IMG/VR virus record: IMGVR_UViG_2974578479_000001
Coordinates: 64,001-128,000 of that record
DNA: 64,000 nt
Reading direction: 5' to 3' (one strand)
From: a virus
Taxonomy: Duplodnaviria > Heunggongvirae > Uroviricota > Caudoviricetes
This document shows positions 37,477 through 46,169 of this stretch, one piece after another (the stretch's first letter is position 1; the number at the start of each line of letters is the position of its first letter). The notes beneath the pieces are model-generated. The model was not told the DNA's origin. It saw nothing but the letters and a program-made list of their open reading frames with translations, and made no database searches. A program made the translations under genes and the position numbers.

Positions 37477-39003
37477 ATGTCAGCATTTAAAAACGCAGTA
37501 AACAACATGAATACACCAGCATCAAGCAACCGTTCTACAACTGCCAACGGTGGTGCTTCATTGAAAAGTTCATTAAATCCACTTGTGGATATGTTCTTCA
37601 TGATCGGTTCTCTACGTAACAAAGACCTTGGTCAGTACAAAGCACAGTTCGACGCTGCGTATACAGCTAACCCAACGTTAGCTCTACAAATGATTCTTTG
37701 GGCACGTGATGTTCGTGGTGGTGCAGGTGAACGTAATACACCACGTGAACTTTTGAAGTATTTGGAAGTTAAACATCCAGAAGATGTTCTACGTGTAATT
37801 CCAGTACTTGCAGAATTCGGTCGTTGGGATGATCTGTTGATCTTTAAAACTAAAGCTGCGAAAGCAGTTGCTTATGAAAAGATTGCAGAAGCTTTAAAAA
37901 CTGGCAACGGTCTTTGTGCAAAATGGATGCCACGCATCTATAAATTCAAGAAGAATGCACAAGGTGTGGTTAATATGTCTAGTACTGCTAACCAAAACCG
38001 TGCTGCGAACAACAAAATTGCACGTGAACTAATGTCTGTAATGGGTATTAATGAACGTCAGTACCGTAAACTTCTATCATCTATGAGCAACACTGTTGAA
38101 CAGAAGATGTGTGCGAATGAATGGGAAGCAATTGACTATAACAAACTACCATCGGTAGCAAGTTCTCGTTATTTGCCAGCTTTCATGAAACACGACGAAG
38201 GTCGTTACCGTGATTACTTAGCTTCTCTTGAAAAAGGCGAAGGTAAGGTTAACGCAGCAACGTTGTTCCCATACGATGTATTGAAGAATTTGGTAACTCG
38301 TTATGGTACTACCACAGCAGAACAGACTCGTCTAGGTATTGCACAGTGGGATGCATTGAACAATCTAATGGGTGATAACCGTATTCTACCAATGGTAGAT
38401 ACATCTGGCTCAATGGGTGTGGGTATCGCTGGTACTTCACTAACTGTTCAAGATGTAGCAGTATCACTTGGTTTGTATGTAAGTACAAAACAAACTGGTG
38501 CTTTCAAGGATATGTGGTTGAACTTTAGTACCCGTCCAAAATTGAAAGTACTTCCACGTGGAGATATTAGTGTAAAAGCTAATGACTTGTACCGCAATCA
38601 CGGTTCCGATTGGGATGGTAGTACAAACGTTGAAGCAGCATTTGATCTAGTATTGAGTACTGCGGTGAAGCAAAACGTTCCACAGGATGAAATGCCAAAA
38701 GTTCTAATGATCTTCAGTGACATGGAATTTAATGGTAGTGGTGGTCGTAACTGGAACAAAACAGCGTTCCAAACGGCTAAACAGAAGTTTGAACGTGCTG
38801 GTTATGAGCTACCAATGGTAGTGTTCTGGAACCTAAACGCACGTGCTAACAACAATCCAGTTCGTTTCGATGAAGCTGGAACGGCGTTGGTAAGTGGTTT
38901 CAGTCCTAACGTAATTCCTGCGATTCTAAGCGGCAACGCAGTTGATCCAGTGAGTATTATGTTAGCTGCAATCGATACTCCACGCTACCGCGTGTTGGGT
39001 TAA
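37477..39003 (+). CDS. TROVE/Ro60-like vWA protein (DUF2828 type)
   Basis: ARDVRGGAGER, FGRWDDL, AKWMPR, VNAATLFPYDV, MIDAS PMVDTSGSM, FSDMEF, VFWNL. Confidence 0.8.
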   Translation: MSAFKNAVNNMNTPASSNRSTTANGGASLKSSLNPLVDMFFMIGSLRNKDLGQYKAQFDAAYTANPTLALQMILWARDVRGGAGERNTPRELLKYLEVKHPEDVLRVIPVLAEFGRWDDLLIFKTKAAKAVAYEKIAEALKTGNGLCAKWMPRIYKFKKNAQGVVNMSSTANQNRAANNKIARELMSVMGINERQYRKLLSSMSNTVEQKMCANEWEAIDYNKLPSVASSRYLPAFMKHDEGRYRDYLASLEKGEGKVNAATLFPYDVLKNLVTRYGTTTAEQTRLGIAQWDALNNLMGDNRILPMVDTSGSMGVGIAGTSLTVQDVAVSLGLYVSTKQTGAFKDMWLNFSTRPKLKVLPRGDISVKANDLYRNHGSDWDGSTNVEAAFDLVLSTAVKQNVPQDEMPKVLMIFSDMEFNGSGGRNWNKTAFQTAKQKFERAGYELPMVVFWNLNARANNNPVRFDEAGTALVSGFSPNVIPAILSGNAVDPVSIMLAAIDTPRYRVLG

Positions 39004-39012
39004 TACCCCAAA

Positions 39013-39039
39013 AGCCTCACCTTCGGGTGGGGCTTTTTT
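39013..39039 (+). terminator. Intrinsic terminator with UUCG loop
   Basis: AGCCTCACC-ttcg-GGTGGGGCT plus T-run. Confidence 0.9.
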
Positions 39040-39056
39040 ATTATAAGGATATAATT

Positions 39057-39272
39057 ATGAAAACGTTTGAAGAATGGAAAATGCATTTTGCATATCATTT
39101 TACTAACTTCCTAATTAGTATTGATACACCAGAAGAACATTGGTTCAGTACTATTCAGGGTGAAATATCACCGTGGGAAGATGAAAAAGATTCAGAAAAT
39201 CCTATGTTGGATTGGAAGAATACTCCCCCTAAAGAAGCAGTAAAAGAAGCAATTAGCTATTGGGAAGAATGA
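39057..39272 (+). CDS. Hypothetical protein
   Basis: AAGGA RBS before ATG 39057. Confidence 0.6.
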   Translation: MKTFEEWKMHFAYHFTNFLISIDTPEEHWFSTIQGEISPWEDEKDSENPMLDWKNTPPKEAVKEAISYWEE

Positions 39273-39418
39273 TATGAAATCAATTAGAAATAACCTATTT
39301 GGTGTAGTACTCATGTACAAAGTATCCTTCGCAGTAAATCCTATTTTAACAACAATCGGTACTGGTATTGTAGTATCTTTTGTTTATTCTGTTTCTAAAA
39401 TCTTCGGCCTATAAAAAT

Positions 39419-39447
39419 TTGACAACAGTGTAGCCTTGTGCTATACT
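39419..39447 (+). promoter_or_regulatory. Sigma70-type promoter
   Basis: TTGACA-17 bp-TATACT. Confidence 0.75.
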
Positions 39448-39475
39448 GTTTTCTATTATTGAAATGAGGTGCATC

Positions 39476-39901
39476 ATGACTACTGAATATATTGAAATTC
39501 AGGGGTATCTAGAATACGACCCTGACCGACAAGATATGAAAAGTCGCACTCAGTATTGGTGTGTCCTCCAACTACCGAATGATCTGGTTCGATACTATCA
39601 GTACTTTGTGCGTAAAGAAAAACACGTTGAAATGCAAATGCCAGCGTGGGGTGCTCACGTAAGTATTATTCGTGGTGAAAAACCCGATGATGAGCACATA
39701 CACTTGTGGAAGAAATATCACAAGCAAAAATTCACTATACGATTCAATCCGTATATTGATCAAATAAAAGATAAAAAACAACCAGGTTCTTTCTATGTAA
39801 TTAATTTTGAATCACCAGAGTTGATGCAAATCCGTGCAGAATTGGGATTGCCAGTACATAGAGATTTCCACTTAACCATAGGTCGTACTTACTATGACTA
39901 A
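39476..39901 (+). CDS. 2H phosphoesterase superfamily protein
   Basis: Two Hx(S/T) motifs, AHVSI and FHLTI; GAGG RBS. Confidence 0.7.
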   Translation: MTTEYIEIQGYLEYDPDRQDMKSRTQYWCVLQLPNDLVRYYQYFVRKEKHVEMQMPAWGAHVSIIRGEKPDDEHIHLWKKYHKQKFTIRFNPYIDQIKDKKQPGSFYVINFESPELMQIRAELGLPVHRDFHLTIGRTYYD

Positions 39902-40466
39902 TATGAAGTACAAGATTAGAAATAAAAAAACATTTCTATACATAGATGATATATATTCAGATGGGGATAGATCATCTATGTATGGAAGGATTTTTGATAG
40001 TCATGCAATTGCTCAACAATTTTTATATGAAAGGCAACATGAGTTATTTGAAATGAATCAATATCTTGATATTTCAAATTATACAATAGATGAATATCAC
40101 TTATCACTTTCTAGATCTATTGCAATTTATAATACAGTTGAAGAACATATTATGAATTCTCCTGATAACGAAGGAAATGTTAAAAAAGTCAAAGCAATGT
40201 TACATCAATGTATATTGCATGGTTTTTCTTGTATTAGCACACCGTTTTTTGATTTTCTCTTGACTTCAGATAAATATGAACCTATACTGTTAGAACTTGT
40301 CCCTCCCCATATACTTCACAGTGTGAATGACTTTATGGATGTTGGGATAATGGAATGTGACCTTGATGAATTAGGTGCAATTTCCTTGACAGCAACGACT
40401 GAACAGATTAAAATGAATCAAATAGTTGAGATTTTAAGAGCTAGGTCAGAAAAAGTTTCTAAGTAG
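39894..40466 (+). CDS. Hypothetical protein
   Basis: ORF packing. Confidence 0.6.
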   Translation: MTNMKYKIRNKKTFLYIDDIYSDGDRSSMYGRIFDSHAIAQQFLYERQHELFEMNQYLDISNYTIDEYHLSLSRSIAIYNTVEEHIMNSPDNEGNVKKVKAMLHQCILHGFSCISTPFFDFLLTSDKYEPILLELVPPHILHSVNDFMDVGIMECDLDELGAISLTATTEQIKMNQIVEILRARSEKVSK

Positions 40467-40574
40467 TATTCGTACTATTGTAGAAAGTCCAAAGCGACTT
40501 TGTGCATAAGGCTTTGGGCAATCCAAATGTTTCCTTATTGCATGAGTCTAACAAAATGTATATAAGGAGGAATT

Positions 40575-41510
40575 TTGTATAAAGCGATACAAGAACTCAA
40601 GACTCGTGCTGGACGTATGAAATACGTTTTAGTAGGTTTTCTGTTGCTTGCCGCTGCATTTGGATTTATTGGTTATAACTCACATGATCGTACTACATCA
40701 TTAGTTTCTCAGGAAGCAGTAGTGCAACAATATGAACCACAAGTTACAATTCAAAAGCAACCGCCAGTTATTATTCAAATTGAAGAACCAACTGCAAGCA
40801 GAGAACAATACAAAGTACTTAACGGTGATAGTCTATGGACAATATCATCAAAAATTAAACCACAAAATGTCGAACTGAATGACTATGTGAAAACATTAAA
40901 AGTGATTAATGCGGGTGTAACATTACATCCTGGTACAATGTTTGAAATCCCATCAGCAGAAGATTTAAAGGATGTAGCACTTCCTGAAATCGAAATTAAA
41001 ATCGATACAAGGGATGAATTAATTATAGCACACCTTAAAAATTCTGAAGGTACAAGTGAATCGCAAGCTGTATTAAAACGGCGTTTACTTGGCGGTAAAG
41101 TTGGACCATCTTTCAAAAATGGTAAATTCTATCCATACCGTGACAGTACTGGTCATTTTACGATTGGTTATGGTCATTATCTTGGAAAGAGTGATAGTGC
41201 TGCAATGAAGTACAAAAATGGCATCACTAAGCGTCAAGCTCACGATATGTTAATAATGGATATGGAAAGAACTATGGGTGATTTCGTCCTGTTATTACAA
41301 CGTAAACGTGCAGTAGATTTAACTGTTGAGCAACAACGTATACTTTATGAAATGGCATATACTATGGGATGCGATAAATTAGCACGTTTTAATAAAATGT
41401 GGAAAAGTGTAGAACATAGTAATCCTCATAAATTCAAAAAAGAAATTAAAAGCTCACTATGGTATAGTCAGGTCGGAAATCGGGCTGAAATATTATTGAG
41501 TAGCATTTAA
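40575..41510 (+). CDS. Lysozyme (GH24-like) with N-terminal TM and LysM domain
   Basis: TAAGGAGG before TTG; TM VLVGFLLLAAAFGFIG; LysM YKVLNGDSLWTIS..FEIP; PYRDSTGHFTIGYGH; SLWYSQVGNRA. Confidence 0.8.
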   Translation: MYKAIQELKTRAGRMKYVLVGFLLLAAAFGFIGYNSHDRTTSLVSQEAVVQQYEPQVTIQKQPPVIIQIEEPTASREQYKVLNGDSLWTISSKIKPQNVELNDYVKTLKVINAGVTLHPGTMFEIPSAEDLKDVALPEIEIKIDTRDELIIAHLKNSEGTSESQAVLKRRLLGGKVGPSFKNGKFYPYRDSTGHFTIGYGHYLGKSDSAAMKYKNGITKRQAHDMLIMDMERTMGDFVLLLQRKRAVDLTVEQQRILYEMAYTMGCDKLARFNKMWKSVEHSNPHKFKKEIKSSLWYSQVGNRAEILLSSI

Positions 41511-41529
41511 TATAAAAAGGAGTACTTTT

Positions 41530-41877
41530 ATGATTAATCATACAATAGCATATAATGATCGTATTGGAGTATCTGAAGAACTTGAATTCCATACTTTTGA
41601 TGAATTTGAAAAATTGGAAAAATTTATTGGGGAAACACCAGTAGATTTTCGTACATCGTTCTCAAAAGATGGTGATAAGTTTAAAGCACATTCTCATGGT
41701 CATTTTGAAGGTGTAGACTATATTGCTACTGCATCTACTGATGATATGTATAAAAGTATTGATCTTCTTGTTGAAAAACTTGAAGCACAACTACGGAAAG
41801 AAAAGGGTAAACGTACTAGTATTGTTCGTGATACTTTGATTGCCGAATCTGATGAAGATGAAGAAATCGAAGATTAA
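41530..41877 (+). CDS. Ribosome hibernation factor-like (HPF/RaiA, S30EA)
   Basis: DDMYKSIDLLVEKLEAQLRKEKGK matches the HPF C-terminal helix. Confidence 0.7.
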   Translation: MINHTIAYNDRIGVSEELEFHTFDEFEKLEKFIGETPVDFRTSFSKDGDKFKAHSHGHFEGVDYIATASTDDMYKSIDLLVEKLEAQLRKEKGKRTSIVRDTLIAESDEDEEIED

Positions 41878-41881
41878 TCCC

Positions 41882-41910
41882 TTGACAGCACTAACTTAAT
41901 GTGCTAAATT
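41882..41910 (+). promoter_or_regulatory. Sigma70-type promoter
   Basis: TTGACA-17 bp-TAAATT with TGn. Confidence 0.6.
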
Positions 41911-41914
41911 ATAT

Positions 41915-41943
41915 GGACAGGCAGAGATGCTTGTCCTTTTTTC
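41915..41943 (+). terminator. Intrinsic terminator with GNRA loop
   Basis: GGACAGGCA-gaga-TGCTTGTCC plus T-run. Confidence 0.75.
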
Positions 41944-41963
41944 GTTTTAATTGAGGTTTTTTT

Positions 41964-42347
41964 ATGTGGAATATTGAAGATATAAACATATTCACCGACA
42001 ACTCATTAGATAAATTCTATGCAGAATGTAATGGGTATCGTGCAGAATTAGCTAAAGGTAAAATAAAACAATTACTTCTTGCAAAAACTGAATATGATTT
42101 GTATACTAGTTTAAAAGATGCTGTGTTTCGTCATGGCGTTTGTGTAAAAGAGGTTAATATGTCAATGATGCTGGATGAATATATGGGATGGGATGATAAC
42201 ACAACTTTCTCATCCATTAAAATTTCTGAATACAGCACACAACGTGCAGAAGAAATAAAACGTAATTTTAAGTTGGGACAGAACCGAATAGAATTAAATT
42301 CTAATTTTTGGGGTTCTCTAATCGTTGAAGATATATTGGAAGGTTAA
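41964..42347 (+). CDS. Hypothetical protein
   Basis: GAGG RBS. Confidence 0.65.
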   Translation: MWNIEDINIFTDNSLDKFYAECNGYRAELAKGKIKQLLLAKTEYDLYTSLKDAVFRHGVCVKEVNMSMMLDEYMGWDDNTTFSSIKISEYSTQRAEEIKRNFKLGQNRIELNSNFWGSLIVEDILEG

Positions 42348-42349
42348 AA

Positions 42350-43462
42350 ATGAAAAAATACATTGTAGGTGGTTTTGTACGCGATAAACTTCTTGGTCTT
42401 CAACCTAAAGATAAAGACTATGTACTTGTCGGAGCTAAACCGAAAGATATTGAATACCTAACTGGTATTGGTTATAAACAAGTTGGTGCCGATTTCCCTG
42501 TGTTCTTGTCTCCAGATGGTGATGAATATGCACTAGCTCGTATTGAACGAAAAACTGGTACTGGTTATGATGGATTTACTGTTCAAACTCAAGGTGTTAC
42601 TCTTGAGCAAGATTTGTATCGTCGTGACCTTACTATTAATGCTATTGCATGGGACCCAATTACTAAGACTCATGTTGACCCATATAATGGTAAAGTAGAT
42701 TTGCAGAACAAAGTACTAAAGCATGTATCTGAAGCATTTAAAGAAGATCCACTTCGTGTACTACGTCTTGCACGTTTTGCCGCACGTTATAGTACTTTCA
42801 CTATACATGCAGATACTAATGTTATGGTAAAAGAAATGGTTAAGAATGGTGAAATAAATCATTTGACCAAAGAGCGTGTATACATTGAATTTGAAAAAGC
42901 ACTCTCTGAAGAAAAGCCTAGTATCTTTTTCAAGTACTTGAAAGATATTGGTGCGTTAAAAGTATTACTTCCAACATTCGAAGCTACGAATAAGGAATTG
43001 GAACTTATTGATCATATTGCAATGAACAGCACTGAACAGTACCGTGAAGAATTCATTTGGTCTGTAATTTTGTCAAAAGCTACTCCTACAAAAGATTATG
43101 TTGTTGGTGGGATAAAACTACCTGCACGTTTTGTTAAGTTCAGCAACTTTGTCAAATTGCATTCAGATGGTTTGATTAAATTCAGGAAGAAAAAACCTGA
43201 AGGTATGGTTGAACTATTCACTGCAATGAATGTCAAAAACAACGGTGGTGAGGAATTCTTGTATAAAGTGGTAGAGTACTTTATCATTCGCCGTGAAATT
43301 GATATTGAGTTGGAAGATTTGATCATGAAAGTATATGATAAGTTCTATGATGCACCTGTTGGTAACATTGAAGAAATGGTGAAAACTGGTGCATTGGAGG
43401 CAGCCAATATCCGTACTCACATCAAGACAATTCAGGTTGCTGAAATTAAGAAAATGTTCTGA
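42350..43462 (+). CDS. cca: Class II tRNA nucleotidyltransferase (CCA-adding-like)
   Basis: YIVGGFVRDKLLG..DKDYV; VGADFPVF; EYALAR; DLYRRDLTINA; EDPLRVLRLARF. Confidence 0.92.
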   Translation: MKKYIVGGFVRDKLLGLQPKDKDYVLVGAKPKDIEYLTGIGYKQVGADFPVFLSPDGDEYALARIERKTGTGYDGFTVQTQGVTLEQDLYRRDLTINAIAWDPITKTHVDPYNGKVDLQNKVLKHVSEAFKEDPLRVLRLARFAARYSTFTIHADTNVMVKEMVKNGEINHLTKERVYIEFEKALSEEKPSIFFKYLKDIGALKVLLPTFEATNKELELIDHIAMNSTEQYREEFIWSVILSKATPTKDYVVGGIKLPARFVKFSNFVKLHSDGLIKFRKKKPEGMVELFTAMNVKNNGGEEFLYKVVEYFIIRREIDIELEDLIMKVYDKFYDAPVGNIEEMVKTGALEAANIRTHIKTIQVAEIKKMF

Positions 43463-43467
43463 TAAAT

Positions 43468-43497
43468 TTGGAACAACTTTAAAAAATATGGTATACT
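43468..43497 (+). promoter_or_regulatory. Promoter, variant of the TGAAAC/TGGTATAAT class
   Basis: TTGGAA-18 bp-TATACT with TGG extension. Confidence 0.55.
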
Positions 43498-43531
43498 ATA
43501 AGTATCTGATAATTTTAGTGAGAAAGTTATT

Positions 43532-43957
43532 ATGCGTCATACGTGTGGGATAATTTTTTATCGTGATGGTCAGATACTTATAGGACATACAACAGGTCAG
43601 GAACATTGGGATTTACCTAAAGGTAAAACTGAAGAAGGTGAAAGCTATAAAGAAGCTGCTGTTCGGGAATGTTATGAAGAAACTGGTTATGAAATCTCCG
43701 AGGATGATTTATTATTAATTGGAGAAGTCGCTTACCGTAAAGGAAAGCGTTTAGTACTATTCTTTTATACTGCACGAGATAAACCAGATTCTGAAAAGTT
43801 GGAATGTATTAGTACATATACGAATCGTTATGGTCAAGAAAAACCAGAACTAGATAAGTTCATGTATATTGACGTAGAAGATTGTCAAATGTACTTAACA
43901 GAACGTATGTGTAACAGTATAATAAAGGCTGTCACGCAATTTGTAGAAAGTAATTAA
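43532..43957 (+). CDS. Nudix hydrolase
   Basis: Nudix box GKTEEGESYKEAAVRECYEETG. Confidence 0.92.
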   Translation: MRHTCGIIFYRDGQILIGHTTGQEHWDLPKGKTEEGESYKEAAVRECYEETGYEISEDDLLLIGEVAYRKGKRLVLFFYTARDKPDSEKLECISTYTNRYGQEKPELDKFMYIDVEDCQMYLTERMCNSIIKAVTQFVESN

Positions 43958-43980
43958 AAAAAACATAATAAGGGAATATT

Positions 43981-44217
43981 ATGAATGTAAAAATGTATGG
44001 TCGAAGTCAAGGATGTAAGTTTTGTGATCGTGCTAAACTCATTTGTGAAATGAATGGGTTTGTGTTGGAATTTATTGATATTGAAGCACAAGGTCTAAGT
44101 GCTGCTGATTTAGCAGAAATCGTAGGTACTCCAGTTCGGACAGTACCGCAAATTTTCGTAGATGAACAGTATGTTGGAGGATGTGATAAGTTTGAAGCTT
44201 TCTTAAAAGGAGAATAA
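43981..44217 (+). CDS. Glutaredoxin (T4 NrdC-like)
   Basis: CKFC active site; RTVPQIFV..YVGG. Confidence 0.9.
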   Translation: MNVKMYGRSQGCKFCDRAKLICEMNGFVLEFIDIEAQGLSAADLAEIVGTPVRTVPQIFVDEQYVGGCDKFEAFLKGE

Positions 44218-44218
44218 C

Positions 44219-44626
44219 ATGAGTCTATTAACGACCATTCAAACGGAACGTCAAGCTGCTCTTGGCAAAGACAAAGTAAAATACAGTCTATTTGGTGTAA
44301 TTATTGCAGAAGTACAACGTAAAACAACTGCAAGTGATGTTGATGATAGTGTCGTATTACAATCTGTAAAAAAACTACTTGAAAGTGTTAATGATACTTT
44401 GAAGTACGGTTCTACTGAAGTACTTGAAGCTGAAAAAGTCCTTCTAGAAAATCTCCTACCAAAGCAACTTTCTAATGATGAACTACTTGCAATTATGCAA
44501 GAAGCCATTTCTAAAGATTCTAGTATGAAAGAAAAGAAAAATATGTTCCCTTATCTAAAAGCTAACTATGATGGTCAGTATAATGGTAAAGATGCAAATA
44601 TTCTATTCGGTCAATTAGGAGCTTAA
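44219..44626 (+). CDS. YqeY/GatB-domain-like protein
   Basis: EAEKVLLENLLPKQLSNDEL..MFPYLK..YDGQYNGK. Confidence 0.7.
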   Translation: MSLLTTIQTERQAALGKDKVKYSLFGVIIAEVQRKTTASDVDDSVVLQSVKKLLESVNDTLKYGSTEVLEAEKVLLENLLPKQLSNDELLAIMQEAISKDSSMKEKKNMFPYLKANYDGQYNGKDANILFGQLGA

Positions 44627-44627
44627 T

Positions 44628-44972
44628 ATGATCAGAAAGGATTCGACTGAAATAAATCCGTATATCTTAGATGAAGATACTCGGTATAAAGTAAACATGA
44701 CTCATTTCACATTAGGTGAAGGTGGTCTTCGCAATATGCAGCAACGTCATCATGACCGTTTAGCAAAGGTTAAAGAACTGGCTGAAAGTTTAGGTGTTGA
44801 ATACACTCCATGCTTACCTTCACCAGAAGATATAATCAAAAAGACGGAAATGATTAAAGTCTACCATGAAAATAAAGAACTATATGATTCAGTACTAGAA
44901 CAAGTATTATCTGTTTGTACTGCTGAAGAAGTTCTTGATTTTTTGGAGAAGCAAATAAACAGCCCTAAATAA
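44628..44972 (+). CDS. Hypothetical protein
   Basis: GGAG RBS. Confidence 0.6.
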   Translation: MIRKDSTEINPYILDEDTRYKVNMTHFTLGEGGLRNMQQRHHDRLAKVKELAESLGVEYTPCLPSPEDIIKKTEMIKVYHENKELYDSVLEQVLSVCTAEEVLDFLEKQINSPK

Positions 44973-45016
44973 AAGTGAAGGAACAATCCTTCACATTACA
45001 ATTTGGGAGAAAATTT

Positions 45017-45259
45017 ATGCTTAGTTTTCGTGATCAATTAGCAAAAGGTATTTTTGAAAGTACAAAATCAAATGTTAATATTCCAAAGAAATCAGCATTC
45101 TTAGGAAAGATTACTGAAGATGGATTCTGTGACTATGATGTTCCAGAAGACACTTGGTATCTAACGCGAGATTTAAAACGAGGCTCTAGACTTCACCAAA
45201 GTAATATAGCGAGACAGCATCGCAAAGAGACAAAGCGAATCCGTTCAGGATTAAATTAA
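45017..45259 (+). CDS. Small basic hypothetical protein
   Basis: GGAG RBS before ATG 45017; TAAATA upstream. Confidence 0.55.
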   Translation: MLSFRDQLAKGIFESTKSNVNIPKKSAFLGKITEDGFCDYDVPEDTWYLTRDLKRGSRLHQSNIARQHRKETKRIRSGLN

Positions 45260-45262
45260 TAC

Positions 45263-45290
45263 AAAAGGACTTCTTCGGAAGTCCTTTTTT
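45263..45290 (+). terminator. Intrinsic terminator with UUCG loop
   Basis: AAAAGGACTTC-ttcg-GAAGTCCTTTTTT. Confidence 0.92.
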
Positions 45291-45303
45291 CACTTGAGGT
45301 TTT

Positions 45304-45804
45304 ATGATAAACTATTATTATGGTGATTTGTTCGAACATGTGGATGAATTACTTACAGGCGGTGACTGTGTAACCCATTTTATTATTCATGGGTGTAATG
45401 CTCAGGGACGTATGGGAACTGGATTTGCAAAAACACTTCGTGCAAAATATCCAGGAGCATACGAAGAATATAGAAAAGAATATAGTGCAAATAATAATAG
45501 ACTTCAAGTAGGAAGTGTAATAAATTATGCACATAGTACTGATTTGATTATCAGTAACGCCATAACCCAAGATTTCTATGGTTATGATGGTGGTAAATAT
45601 GTTAGTTATGATGCAATCGATACTGCTTTTGCAGAACTTGATAGTATCGCTAAAGTACTAAAAACTCTTAGTGGAGTTGAAGAAGTTCATTTTCATTTCC
45701 CTAAAATCGGTTCTGACTTAGGTGGTGGTCATTGGGATGTTATTGAATCTATCATCGATCACCGTGTACAGAACGCAACCAAGAATCTATATGAACTAAG
45801 ATAA
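45304..45804 (+). CDS. Macrodomain (ADP-ribose binding/hydrolase, T4 Tk.4-like)
   Basis: GDLF..IIHGCNAQGRMGTGFA..FPKIGSDLGGGHW. Confidence 0.85.
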   Translation: MINYYYGDLFEHVDELLTGGDCVTHFIIHGCNAQGRMGTGFAKTLRAKYPGAYEEYRKEYSANNNRLQVGSVINYAHSTDLIISNAITQDFYGYDGGKYVSYDAIDTAFAELDSIAKVLKTLSGVEEVHFHFPKIGSDLGGGHWDVIESIIDHRVQNATKNLYELR

Positions 45805-45832
45805 GTTCAAACTAATTAACAAGGAATGTTAT

Positions 45833-46156
45833 ATGTCTAAAGTAAATGCAAGTGTAAAACTAATTTTTATTAACGGTGTTGGTCCTCTTATTGGTACTGT
45901 GCAATCAGAAGCAACTGATGCAATCGTTATGAGAAATCCATGTCAATTTGGACTAGATGAAGATGGTAATTTTATCATTCGTGATTATCTAGAAGGTATT
46001 ACCAATCCAAATGAGCCTGTGATTTTCATGAAGTACGCAATTGTTTCTATGAATGTTCCTGAAGAATCTATTGCATTGGCGTATGTTGACGCAATCGATG
46101 CACTTGAAGCACAGAAATCAAAAGTATTTGTACCGGACAATAAAATCATTATCTAA
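45833..46156 (+). CDS. Hypothetical small beta-rich protein
   Basis: AAGGA RBS. Confidence 0.65.
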   Translation: MSKVNASVKLIFINGVGPLIGTVQSEATDAIVMRNPCQFGLDEDGNFIIRDYLEGITNPNEPVIFMKYAIVSMNVPEESIALAYVDAIDALEAQKSKVFVPDNKIII

Positions 46157-46169
46157 TGGTAACTAAACA

